From: Candidatus Multivoradales bacterium | GTDB taxonomy: Bacteria > Acidobacteriota > Thermoanaerobaculia > Multivoradales > JAHEKO01 | NCBI GenBank assembly: GCA_965224065.1 | Contig: CBDCYF010000005.1 | Coordinates: 3,596,491-3,660,490, forward strand | Length of the DNA: 64,000 bases | Direction of reading: 5' to 3' | Shown here: piece by piece, positions 39,344-49,104 of the stretch | Layout of the letters: each line of letters starts with the position of its first letter | Position numbering within the stretch: the first letter of the stretch is position 1 | Translations under genes and position numbers: made by a program | Notes under the pieces: model-generated | The model's input: only the letters and a program-made list of their open reading frames with translations | Databases searched by the model: none | Told to the model about the DNA's origin: nothing

Positions 39344-42223
39344 TCAGCAATCCGGGTCGGCCCCGTCGATGAGACCGTCGCAGTCGTTGTCGAGACCGTC
39401 CGAACACCGCGGACCTTTCTCCTTGGCGTGGGTCGGCACACAACCCTGACATGCGGGGTCGATGCCGTCACAATCGTCATCGTCGCAGTCGGTGGCCTGG
39501 TCACAGTCATTGTCGAGACTGTCCTGACAGGTCAGGTTGGGAATCTCGCTCAATGCAGGAGCGCCGCAGTCGAGCTCGCACGAGCAGCTATCTTCGCCCG
39601 CGTCGCACGACAGGTCGCCGCAGCAGAACCCCGGAACCGGGGTCGACGAGCAGGTGTTTCCCTGGCCGGTACAGCGAGAGTCGCTGCAGTCGACCATATT
39701 GCTGCCGCTGCCGGTTCCATCTCCGCTGCAACAGTAGCGATTGTTGGGGTTCCCGTTCTGCTGGCCGTTGCAATCGGACGGGCAACTGCCTGCAGTGCAG
39801 TCCTCACCCGGCTCGCAGACGCCGTTGCCGCAGATCGGCCCGGGAGCCTGACTCGGACAGTCGCTCGGACAGGCGATCGTTCCGCCGGTGCCGTCGCAGC
39901 TTTCGCCCGGATCGCAAACGCCATTGCCGCATCCGGTGGTGCACTGGGATGGCAGGTCGAACGCTTCGGTCACGGCGAGGCTGCTCGAGCTCCCGCCGTC
40001 GTCGGCACTAAAGCCCATGCCGCGCTTGGCGAATCCATCCCAAATCAGACACTCGTTGGCGCCACCGTTGTTGGCCTGGTCTGCCGCCAGGATGGCGTCG
40101 CGGGCATCCAGGAACGTCGGGTTGCACCCCTGGAGCTTGAGACCGTCCACGACGAGCTGGATGGCGACGTTGTTGCCTCCCGTTCCGTTGTAGAGATCGG
40201 CATCAAAACCCTGATCGTTGACCAGGTTCCAGTACACCTCCCACACCGCTGTGGCCCAGACCGTTCCGACGCCGTGGGGGATCGAAAGCGGATCGCCCGG
40301 CTGGCCGGCGGTCTGGATGTCGCCATAGGTCAGCGGGTTGTCGACCATATCCGTGGTGTAGGGATAGGCACGGATGCCGGCGCCCGGCGTGTTGTCAAAG
40401 ATCAGATACGAGCCGACGCCGCGAAGAGTCGTCTCCGTATCGGCCGCATCGGGGGTGAAAAAGAGCGTGCACAGGTCGCTCCAACCTTCGCCCGCTTGCT
40501 GGTCGCCACCCAGACAGTTGGTGCTGGGACCGCCGGTCAACCGGGTCGACAGGCCATGGCAATACTCGTGGGCGATCACGCCGGCGTCGAAGTCGCTGTC
40601 CCGGTTCGGCTGGGTGCTGCGAAGCGTGGCGTTGAGGCCTGCGCCCAGCGCCGCCTTGATGGTGTTTCCGTCGTTCTGGCTCACCATGACCGAGGGGATG
40701 GTCACCAGCTCGCCATCCACTCCGGGTCCCATGGCGAACGTCTCGGTACCTCCCTGGTTGTTGGCCACGATCGCCGCGATGGCGCCGGCGTTTTCTGCGT
40801 TGAGCACCTTGGTTCCGAACTCGCAGTTGCCTCGGTCGATCATTGCGATCCGGCCGGGGGTGAAACCGCTCAAAGACGAGCAGGCGTCAGCCGGGCTGGC
40901 CATCTCGACGTCCCCGGTGACTCCGGTGCCGTCCAGAAACGCTCCGAAAGAAGCCTGCGGGGCCCCGTAGATTCCCGCGGCGGTAGAAGGGGGATTGACC
41001 TCGACCTCGGCGGGAGCCCGCCAGACATACATCTGCATTCTTGGGTTGGTCGTGAACGGGCCATTGGGCTCGGGGGGAGTCGCCATATTGGCGTTGTCGG
41101 AGCTGGGTCGGATGCTCCCCGCGTTGTCCTGAGCATCGGCGTTCACCGAATCGCTGGCGAGGCCGCCGCGGCCGTAGTTGTTCTCCTGAAAATTGCCGCT
41201 GGCCTCGTCAAAGCCATACTGGTACAACAAGTCGTGCATGATGTTGTTCCAGTAGAACAAGTTGACGACCGCCGCGTCGACGTACTGGTCGGGCTCGTCG
41301 GCAAAGTTCAGCGGCACGACGGCACTGGTGAAGTCGAGCGAGCCGCCGCCGTCGGGTTGGGTCACGCCCCCGCAGGACGTATTGTTGCCGTCGCGGTCTT
41401 CCTGGGCGCAGACGTTGTTGCCGCGTGTCGTGGTGAACTCGGCACCCGCGGCCCCGTTGGTGTCGTGCCAGCCAAAGGGTGATGCAGTGCTTTCCGCGGG
41501 GTTGACTTCGATGGTTCGGCCGCCGTCGTTGGGCGACTCCTTGGGCAACGCAAAGACCTCATACTGGTCGTGGGCGACCCAGTCGTTCCGGGCCAGGATC
41601 TGCCCGTTCTCGGTGTCGACCCAGAGGTTCCACCAATGGCGGTTGTCGGCCTGGCGAATCGTCATCTCCCAAGCCAAGCGCACGTCGCCGGAATCGAGGG
41701 CATAGAAGGCCAGCTTGACCGGGATCTCGTCCTGCGACAGGCCGGCTCCGCTAAAGCGAGCCTCTCTCGCGGGCCCGCCGATGGAGGCGGTCTCAAAAAG
41801 CGTCTCCGGGATCTCCAGGCCGAGCTGCTCGGCTGCTTGCCGGATCGCGGTCTCCGCGTCGAGCCTTGGCCGGCGTGTGTTGATCTTGCCGGTGAGGTTG
41901 CCGACGAAACGGTTGCCGACGTGGAGCACGCGCCCGTCGGACGTTACGTTGACGTTGATGTGGCCATTTGCGACCTCGATGCCTTGAGAGCGCTGGCGAA
42001 AGTGAATGTGCGTGATTCCGTTGTTGCTGGACCGGTACTGGTTTTTGAGGAGTTTGTCGGCCACGTCCTCGGTCGTCAGGCCGAGGGCCGTGGCGTTGGC
42101 GTTGAGATGGCTCAAGGCGATGTCGAGGGGGGGCTGGGCCTGTGCCGTCGCCATGCCCGCGAGGGCAAGCGTCACCAAGGCCACGCTACAGCAGGTGGTG
42201 ATCTGTCGATGAAACCTCTTCAA
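39344..42223 (-). CDS. Secreted M36 (fungalysin) metallopeptidase with FTP propeptide, PA domain and Cys-rich C-terminal repeats
   Basis: Signal peptide; HIHFRQ propeptide; LFYWNNIMHD; NFQENN; NANMATP; PA domain DRGNCEF..KVLNAE; AHEYCH (HExxH); AGEGWSD; CGNGVCxxGExC and CxDxLDNDCD repeats. Confidence 0.93.
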   Translation of the reverse strand: MKRFHRQITTCCSVALVTLALAGMATAQAQPPLDIALSHLNANATALGLTTEDVADKLLKNQYRSSNNGITHIHFRQRSQGIEVANGHINVNVTSDGRVLHVGNRFVGNLTGKINTRRPRLDAETAIRQAAEQLGLEIPETLFETASIGGPAREARFSGAGLSQDEIPVKLAFYALDSGDVRLAWEMTIRQADNRHWWNLWVDTENGQILARNDWVAHDQYEVFALPKESPNDGGRTIEVNPAESTASPFGWHDTNGAAGAEFTTTRGNNVCAQEDRDGNNTSCGGVTQPDGGGSLDFTSAVVPLNFADEPDQYVDAAVVNLFYWNNIMHDLLYQYGFDEASGNFQENNYGRGGLASDSVNADAQDNAGSIRPSSDNANMATPPEPNGPFTTNPRMQMYVWRAPAEVEVNPPSTAAGIYGAPQASFGAFLDGTGVTGDVEMASPADACSSLSGFTPGRIAMIDRGNCEFGTKVLNAENAGAIAAIVANNQGGTETFAMGPGVDGELVTIPSVMVSQNDGNTIKAALGAGLNATLRSTQPNRDSDFDAGVIAHEYCHGLSTRLTGGPSTNCLGGDQQAGEGWSDLCTLFFTPDAADTETTLRGVGSYLIFDNTPGAGIRAYPYTTDMVDNPLTYGDIQTAGQPGDPLSIPHGVGTVWATAVWEVYWNLVNDQGFDADLYNGTGGNNVAIQLVVDGLKLQGCNPTFLDARDAILAADQANNGGANECLIWDGFAKRGMGFSADDGGSSSSLAVTEAFDLPSQCTTGCGNGVCDPGESCDGTGGTIACPSDCPSQAPGPICGNGVCEPGEDCTAGSCPSDCNGQQNGNPNNRYCCSGDGTGSGSNMVDCSDSRCTGQGNTCSSTPVPGFCCGDLSCDAGEDSCSCELDCGAPALSEIPNLTCQDSLDNDCDQATDCDDDDCDGIDPACQGCVPTHAKEKGPRCSDGLDNDCDGLIDGADPDC

Positions 42224-42484
42224 TCTGTCCTCCGATGTTGGTCTCCGATTACGTGGAGAAAGTGGACGGCTCCCGACCCCTCATGGGCAGGCGCCGCAGT
42301 TCCTGACCGGGTTGAGACCCCCTACCACTCGACCTGATCTGTTTCGCTTGACGAGAATGCTCCTAGACGAGGGTCGTCTTGTCAAGTCGTGAGATCGTGG
42401 ATTTTTCGGCGGATATTCTGATCAGCTCGCAAGTAATATTTGCAATCTTGCAACGCAAGGGCCCCCGCTGTAGGGTCGGCCCCC

Positions 42485-42853
42485 ATGCCGGAGCCCATCA
42501 CCCTGGACTTCGACTCCTTCTGGGGTTGGCTGGTCACCCACCCCAACTGCATCCTGCGGGCCGGTACCCCGGAGGCAGTGCTCTACGACGACGACGATCT
42601 GCATTGGCATTTCGCATCCGAGAGCCCGGAGACCCTTCTGGTCCAGGTCATGCGGGGCAAGCGATTTGTCGGTGAGCTGCTGCTGCAGCCCGAACAGGTG
42701 AGTTATGTGCAGGGCACCGAGGCCGAGCAGGAAGGCGAGTACGCCTTCGAGCTGGTGGCCGAGAACGAGAAGGGCCGATTTGCGGTCTACTTTTTTGTCC
42801 TGACCCACGGTTTCGACGAGGAGGGCACGCTCCACAAAGAGCGGGTTCACTGA
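42485..42853 (+). CDS. Hypothetical cytoplasmic protein (122 aa)
   Basis: Coding-like composition, acidic, plausible beta-rich fold; no recognised motif. Confidence 0.65.
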   Translation: MPEPITLDFDSFWGWLVTHPNCILRAGTPEAVLYDDDDLHWHFASESPETLLVQVMRGKRFVGELLLQPEQVSYVQGTEAEQEGEYAFELVAENEKGRFAVYFFVLTHGFDEEGTLHKERVH

Positions 42854-42905
42854 CGGCTCCGAGGTCGCCACGCTCGGTCCCGGCCGCTGGTACGATTCCG
42901 GTCCC

Positions 42906-45900
42906 GTGGCATCTCCCTCTTCCATCGCGAGGCTTGCCGGCTGGGCCGTGCTGGCATTGGCCTTGGGCGCGATTCTGACGGGCTGTTCCGGGGAGTCCAC
43001 CGCGGACCGGCCGCGCGCCGAAGCCCTATCCGAGGACGGCGGCTCCACGGTGGCGCTGGTCCGGCGCGAAACGGCGCGCCGGCCCCCGACGCTGGTGGAG
43101 GCCATGGCCGAGAACGTCGATCCCTCGCGGGACGGCTGGAACAGCGAAGTGCTGAGCGCGGCGGCGTCCAAGCGGCTCAAGGAAATCGGGAAGATCCTGG
43201 AGGCGCCCCCCGGCACCCCTCTGGAGGGCGTCGAGGCGTGGGTCGACGAGGAGTTTGTCGGCCGCGCGCTCCGCCCCAACGTTCTCGAGGAGGCTTACTC
43301 CGACGGCGTCTTCACCATCCGCCGCTGGCAGAAGGACCGTGCCACCGGCGAGTCGCATCGCGGAGCCAAGGGGTTCGAGCTCGCTCTCGAGACCCTACGC
43401 ATGGCACGGGCCGCCGACGGCGAGGTTCGCGTGACGCTCAAGCCGGTGGCGATCGAAGAGGGGAGCGATTCGTTCTCGACCCACGTCTTCTTCGACTCGA
43501 GCCTCAGGGAGCGCGGTAGGGGGCTGCAGCGGAACGCGCTGTGGAATGTCGAATGGGCTTATCCGGTGGGGAAGCAGCCACCGCGGTTGCGCGCGGTCGA
43601 GATCGAGCGCTACGAAGAAGTCTCGTTTGCCGGCGACGGCGGCAGGCTTTTCGACGACTGCACACAGTCGGTTCTGGGCGCAAACGAATCCTATGAAACG
43701 CAGGTGCTGCCCGGGATCAACCATTGGCTGGGCCGGGTGAGCCTGATCGCCGGCATGACCATCGTCGGCTTCCATGGTCTGGCGGTGGGCGATGTCGATG
43801 GGGACGGGCTGGAAGACCTCTATGTCTGCGACGCCGCCGGTCTTCCCAACCGTTTGTTCGTGCAGAACCCCGACGGCACCGCGAGGGACGAGTCGGCCGC
43901 GGCCGGGGTCGATTGGCTGGAAGCCAGCTCGTCGGCGCTTTTTGTGGATCTGGACGGTGACGGCGACCAAGACCTGGCCGTGGCGCTGCGGCGTGGGCTG
44001 CTGCTGCACGAGAACGACGGTCGGGGCCGCTTTACGCTTCGCGCCGATCACAAGAACCTCGTCACTCGCTCGTCGTCACTCTCGGCGGCCGACTACGACG
44101 AAGACGGCGACCTCGATCTCTATGTGTGCGGCTACGATGGCGACCCCGACAACAAGGGTCTGCCCGGGCCGGTCCCCTACAACGACGCGGAGAACGGCGG
44201 AGCCAACGTCCTGCTGGCAAACCGCGGTGGTTTTCGCTTTGAAGACGTCACGGCCGAGAGCGGTCTCGACGTCAACAACACCCGCTGGAGCTTTGCCTCG
44301 GCATGGGACGACTACGACGGCGACGGCGACCTCGATCTGTATGTCGCCAATGACTACGGGCGCAACAATCTGTACCGCAACCGTGGAGCGGGCGCCCGGC
44401 CGCGATTTGAGGACGTGGCGCCCGAGACCGGCGTTGAGGACGTCGCCTCCGGCATGTCCGCGGCCTGGGGGGACTACAACCGCGACGGCCGCCCCGACAT
44501 CTATGTGAGCAACATGTTCTCTTCTGCCGGCGGTCGGATCGCGGACAAGACCCGGTTTGCAGAGTCCGCCTCCGAGCCTACGACCCGCGATCTGCAGCGC
44601 ATGGCCAGGGGAAACACCTTGTTCGAAAACGCCGGTGGCCACTTTCGCGACGTCAGTGTCGAATCCGGCGCCACCATGGGGCGCTGGGCCTGGGGCTCCA
44701 AGTTTGCGGACCTGAACAACGACTCCTGGCCCGACGTGGTGGTGACCAACGGCTATGTGACCAATGACGACAGCGGCGACTTGTGAAGCTTTTTCTGGCG
44801 GCAGGTCGTGTCGCGCTCACCCAAGGCCGAGAAAGCGCGCCAGGCGCTGGACGAGTACATCGCGAGCTGGCGAGCGATCACTCGGCTCCTGCGGGAGGGC
44901 CTCTCGTGGAGCGGCTACGAGAGAAACTGCGCATACCTCAATTGCGGTGACGGGCGGTTTGCCGATGTCTCCGCCGCTACCGGTCTGGATTTCGACGACG
45001 ACGGGCGGGCGCTGGCGGTGGTCGACTGGGATCACGACGGCGACCTGGATCTCTGGCTCTACAATCGAACCGGCCCACGCCTGCGGCTGATGCTCAACCA
45101 GAGCCCGGCCGACGGCGACCGCTCGGTGGCCTTCCGGCTGCGTGGCACCCACGCCAACCGCGATGGCGTCGGCGCCCGTGTCGAGGTCGAGTTGGAGGGC
45201 GACCGGCGGCGGCTGGTCGAGACTCTTTACGCCGGTGACGCCTACCTCTCGCAGTCTAGTAAGTGGGTGCACTTCGGCCTCGGGGAGAGCCCCGAGATCC
45301 GCCGCGTCACCGTCGCCTGGCCGGGTGGCGACCGCGAGGCGTTTGCCGGTGTCGTCCCCGGCGGTCGCTATCTGTTGGTAGAGGGCTCGGGCCGCGCCGA
45401 GGAGACGCCACGCCGCGCGGCCGTGACCCTGGCGCCGTCGCCGCCGTCCGGCTCGGTGCCGGGTGGCGGCGTCAAAGAAAGCGCGGAAACGAGGCTGTTT
45501 CTGCCTTCGCGAGTGCCGCTGCCGAGCCTGAGCTATGAGACCGGCGGCGACACGCCGGGTGTGTCGGCTCCGGTCCACCCGGGGCCAGGGCCCGACACGC
45601 CGGCGCTACTGCTCAACTTGTGGGCCAGTTGGTGTGGTCCCTGTGTGACCGAGCTGAAGGGACTGACAGAGCGGCGGGATGAGGTCCGGGCCGCCGGTCT
45701 CGACGTCATCGCACTCACCGTCGAAGAGGTAGACGGCGACGAAGCGACCGGCGCCGCTGACGCCGCGCGCCTTCTCGACCGTATTGACTTTCCCTTTCGC
45801 AGCGGTGTCGCCACCACCGAGCTGCTGGAGAAGATCGAGCTGGTGGAAGCCGTCCTCTACGACCGCAAGTGGCCGTTGGGGGTTCCGGTCAGCTTTTTGC

Positions 45901-46817
45901 TCGACCGGCAAGGGCGCCTGGCGGCGACCTATCGCGGCCCGGTCGACCTCGATGCTCTGCTCGAAGACGTCGCCGCGCTCGACGGGTCTTCCGCCGAGTT
46001 GCACAGTCGCTCCGCTCCGATTCCCGGCCGCTGGCACGCCCGCACCGCGGATGTCGATCTTCTCTGGCTGGGCAGTCAGTTCCGCGACCTCTATCCCCGC
46101 GAGATGGAGCACTACTACGAGTTGGAGCTCGAGCGCCAGACACGGCTCGCCACGCGATCGGGGGCTCCCACCGAGCACCAGCAGAGACGGCGAGGCGTGA
46201 TGTATCTGGACCTGGCGCAAGCGGCCTTCGAGAACGGGCGTATCGAGGATTCGATGACTCAACTGCGCAAAGCGATCGAAGTCGATCCCGGCTCGACCGT
46301 GGCGCGTCTCAATCTGGCCCAACTGCTGCGCTCCGCGGGCCGGACCCCTGAAGCCGTCGATCAGTATCGCGGCGCGCTGAAGGTGAATCCCGCCGACGCC
46401 GAGGCCCACTACGGCCTGGGCACGACCTTACTGGCGGCCGGCGAGGTCGGGGTCGCCTTCGATCATCTGCGCGAGGCCGCGCGTCTGTCGCCCGAATCCC
46501 CGGCACCGCTCCACGCCATGATCTGGGTGTTGCTCAATTACTCGAACCCGGACGATCGGCGGCAGCTCGGCGAAGCGCTCGAGCTTGCGGAGCGCGGCGT
46601 GGAGATGACGGACCGGCAGGACGCGAGGATGCTCGACGCGCTGGCAGCCGCCCAGGCAGCGATGGGGGAGTACGATCTCGCCGTCGAGACCGCGGAGCAG
46701 GCGGGTACCCTGGCGCGGGCCGCCGGGGAAGCCGCGCTGTTATCGCAGATCGAGCTGCGGCTCCGGTTTTTCCGTCGCGGTCTGCCGTTCCGGGAAGGCG
46801 CCACACCACCAGCTTGA
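42906..46817 (+). CDS. Lipoprotein FG-GAP / ASPIC-UnbV / TlpA-thioredoxin / TPR protein, predicted selenoprotein (in-frame TGA at 44784-44786)
   Basis: ORFs 42906-44786 and 44808-46817 share a frame; the junction reads NGYVTNDDSGDL-TGA-SFFWRQVVSRSP; lipobox LTGC; FG-GAP repeats on both sides of the TGA; YLSQSSKWVHFGLG; NLWASWCGPC; TPRs; fdhF-like SECIS follows. Confidence 0.82.
44798..44814 (+). promoter_or_regulatory. Predicted bacterial SECIS element
   Basis: GCGGCA-[GGTCG]-TGTCGC 6-bp stem starting 12 nt after the UGA; contains GCAGGTC, as in the E. coli fdhF SECIS apical loop. Confidence 0.72.
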
Positions 46818-46858
46818 GCCATGGGGCGCCGGTGCCGGCGAGCCGATAACATCCGCGG

Positions 46859-47281
46859 GTGCTCGATGTCTCGCTGCTTCCAACCGTCAACGCGGCCCTC
46901 AACGGAACCGCCGCGGTGCTGCTGGTCTGCGGCTACTTCCTGATCCGAGCCCGGCGGGTCAAGGCCCATCGCGCGGTCATGCTGTCTGCCTTTGTTTGCT
47001 CGGTCCTGTTCTTGACGTCCTATCTCTACTACCACTCGCAGGCGGGGAGCGTGCGTTTCCCCGGGACCGGGCCGGTGCGCACGCTCTACCTCACCATCCT
47101 CCTCACCCACACCGTGTTGGCTGCGGCGGTGCCGTTTCTCGCCGTCATCACGTTGGTGCGCGCGCTCCGGCGGCGGTTCGACCGGCATCGTGCCATCGCC
47201 CGCTGGACCCTGCCGATCTGGCTCTATGTCTCGGCGACCGGCGTGGTCATTTACTGGATGCTGTACCGGATGAGCTGGTAG
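46859..47281 (+). CDS. DUF420 family membrane protein
   Basis: LPTVNAALN, HRAVMLSAF, FLTSYLYYH, LTHTVLA, HRAIARWTLPIWLYVSATGVVIY. Confidence 0.9.
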   Translation: MLDVSLLPTVNAALNGTAAVLLVCGYFLIRARRVKAHRAVMLSAFVCSVLFLTSYLYYHSQAGSVRFPGTGPVRTLYLTILLTHTVLAAAVPFLAVITLVRALRRRFDRHRAIARWTLPIWLYVSATGVVIYWMLYRMSW

Positions 47282-47286
47282 CGGCG

Positions 47287-47341
47287 GTCATCTTCCCTTC
47301 ATCTGCCGGTCATCCTCCCGTCATCTTCTCTCTCCTACTGT
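47287..47341 (+). promoter_or_regulatory. Four 11-bp-phased direct repeats (PhoB/OmpR-type box) plus a -10 element
   Basis: TCATC at 47288, 47299, 47310 and 47321 (GTCAT in three of four); TACTGT at 47336-47341. Confidence 0.6.
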
Positions 47342-47396
47342 CTCGTTCGGCAAGCGGGTGTTGCGCCGATGCAAGGCAAAAGCGAAAGGAGAAACG

Positions 47397-47804
47397 ATGA
47401 GAAGAGTGATTACCAAGGCAATCCTGGCGCTGGCCGTGGCGGCCCTAGTTGGCGGCGCCGTCGTCGAGGCCGGCGGCGACGAAGACCGGTACCGCGCGCG
47501 GCTTACCGTGCCACGCGGATCGGGAGACGTCTCGGGACAGGCCGATTTCAGGGAACGTGGCTCGCGGCGGAAGTTCTCGGTCGAAGTCGAGGGCTTTCGC
47601 CCAGGTCAGCTTTTTGATGTGATGGTCGCTGGCGAGGTCGTAGGGACTGTCCTGATCAACAATTTCGGCGTCGGTGAGCTCGATTTCGACGATCGTGCCG
47701 ACCCCGACGATGAGGACGAGCCTTTCCCGCCAAAGTTCCCCGCGATCAACGGTGGCGAGCTTGTCCAAGTCGGTACAGTCAGCGGGACGCTACAGCCTAA
47801 GTAG
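47397..47804 (+). CDS. Small secreted hypothetical protein
   Basis: AAGGAG RBS; signal peptide MRRVITKAILALAVAALVGGAVVEA; beta-rich body with an acidic DFDDRADPDDEDE loop. Confidence 0.75.
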   Translation: MRRVITKAILALAVAALVGGAVVEAGGDEDRYRARLTVPRGSGDVSGQADFRERGSRRKFSVEVEGFRPGQLFDVMVAGEVVGTVLINNFGVGELDFDDRADPDDEDEPFPPKFPAINGGELVQVGTVSGTLQPK

Positions 47805-47886
47805 GCAGCGCCGGGTGCGGCCTGCACCTGAAGCTTGAGACCTCACGACTCCGGGCGGCGGATCCGGCAAGCGTCGCCCGGAGTCG

Positions 47887-49104
47887 TCAGCTCGCCGGCG
47901 GCCGGCAGAGTCGGGCGACAAGTCGCGCATAGTTTGTGGGCTGTGTCAGCAGACTGCGGTAGTCGTCTTGTCCTGCGAAGACCCTCGCCAACGCTCGGCC
48001 GAGCGCGGTCCCGGCGCGGCGGAAGAGCAGATGGCGCAGGCGCGGCCGCTCGTAGAGGATCCAGGCCAGGGCACGGCCCAGGCGCAGCTCGGAGAGGATC
48101 TCGCGCTCGAGGACTCGTTGATAGGCGCGCGCGACGGTCTTGGGTCGATCGAACGAAGTCCCGCGCCCCTGGACGATCGACCGGGCCGCCAGGCGGCCGC
48201 TCAGAATCGCGTACGAGATCCCCTCGTAAGTCACCGGATCGGCCAGACCGGCGGCGTCGCCGGTTAACAGTACGCGGCCGTGGGCGAGCCGGCGTGAGCG
48301 GGGCCGGGCGGGGATGGCGAAGCCGTGGTCTTGGCGTTCGATCACCCGGTCGATTCCCAGTCGATCGAGATAGGCGTCGAGGCCACGCTTGAGCTCCCCG
48401 CCCGTGGCGTGCCGCGAAAGGCACCCGACCGACAGATGGTCCTTCTTGGGAAAGACCCAGGCATAACCCCGTGGGACGAGGCCGAAATCGAAACGGGCGC
48501 TCGCGGCCAGCCGCGCAAAGTCATCTGGTCCCACACGAATCTCGCTTTCGAGCGCCGGGGTGCCATCGCGCAGCGGAGGCCAGCCGGCCAGCCGCGCCGT
48601 CGGTCCGCCAGCGCCGTCGGCGGCGACCACAAAACGGGTCTCGAAGTCCCCCCGATCGGTCCTCAACCGGCCGTGTCCACCGCTCCGGCTCGGTTCCACG
48701 ATCGCCAGCGGCCGGCACGGCGTCACCCGGCTTGCGCCGGCGGCCACGGCGGCGTCGAACAGATGCCGATCCAGCTCCGCCCGCATGGTCAACGTGAGGA
48801 TCGGCTCACTTCCCCGAACGCGAACGAGAGTCTCGGACACGATGTCGTCGGAGCCTTTCCCCGGGGACCGGTGCAGCCGGACCTCGGCGTCGAGAAACTC
48901 TCGTTCGGCCACGGGGCGGAGGTCGACACCCGCCCAGCGGCGCGCCCGTAGCACCAGACCGCCGCCGCACGTCTTGTAGCGCGGCGGCGGAGATTTGTCG
49001 ATTACCACGACCGACACGCCGGCGCGGGCGAGATGGAGCGCCGCCGCGGAGCCGGCGGGTCCGCCGCCCACTACGACGACGTCGAATCTTCGCGCGCTAG
49101 CTAT
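47887..49104 (-). CDS. Geranylgeranyl reductase family flavoprotein (start codon uncertain)
   Basis: DVVVVGGGPAG, RYKTCGGG, VAADGA, GYAWVFPK, GDAAGLADP..EGISYA; no canonical start near the expected N-terminus, an ATA at 49104 overlaps the mvaS stop. Confidence 0.85.
   Translation of the reverse strand: MASARRFDVVVVGGGPAGSAAALHLARAGVSVVVIDKSPPPRYKTCGGGLVLRARRWAGVDLRPVAEREFLDAEVRLHRSPGKGSDDIVSETLVRVRGSEPILTLTMRAELDRHLFDAAVAAGASRVTPCRPLAIVEPSRSGGHGRLRTDRGDFETRFVVAADGAGGPTARLAGWPPLRDGTPALESEIRVGPDDFARLAASARFDFGLVPRGYAWVFPKKDHLSVGCLSRHATGGELKRGLDAYLDRLGIDRVIERQDHGFAIPARPRSRRLAHGRVLLTGDAAGLADPVTYEGISYAILSGRLAARSIVQGRGTSFDRPKTVARAYQRVLEREILSELRLGRALAWILYERPRLRHLLFRRAGTALGRALARVFAGQDDYRSLLTQPTNYARLVARLCRPPAS

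Noticed and set aside
42362-42455. Inverted repeat (AGACGA-GGG-TCGTCT) and paired TTGCAA hexamers in the M36 divergent promoter region
   Set aside because: Possibly regulatory, but too short, with no convincing -10 element, to support a call.
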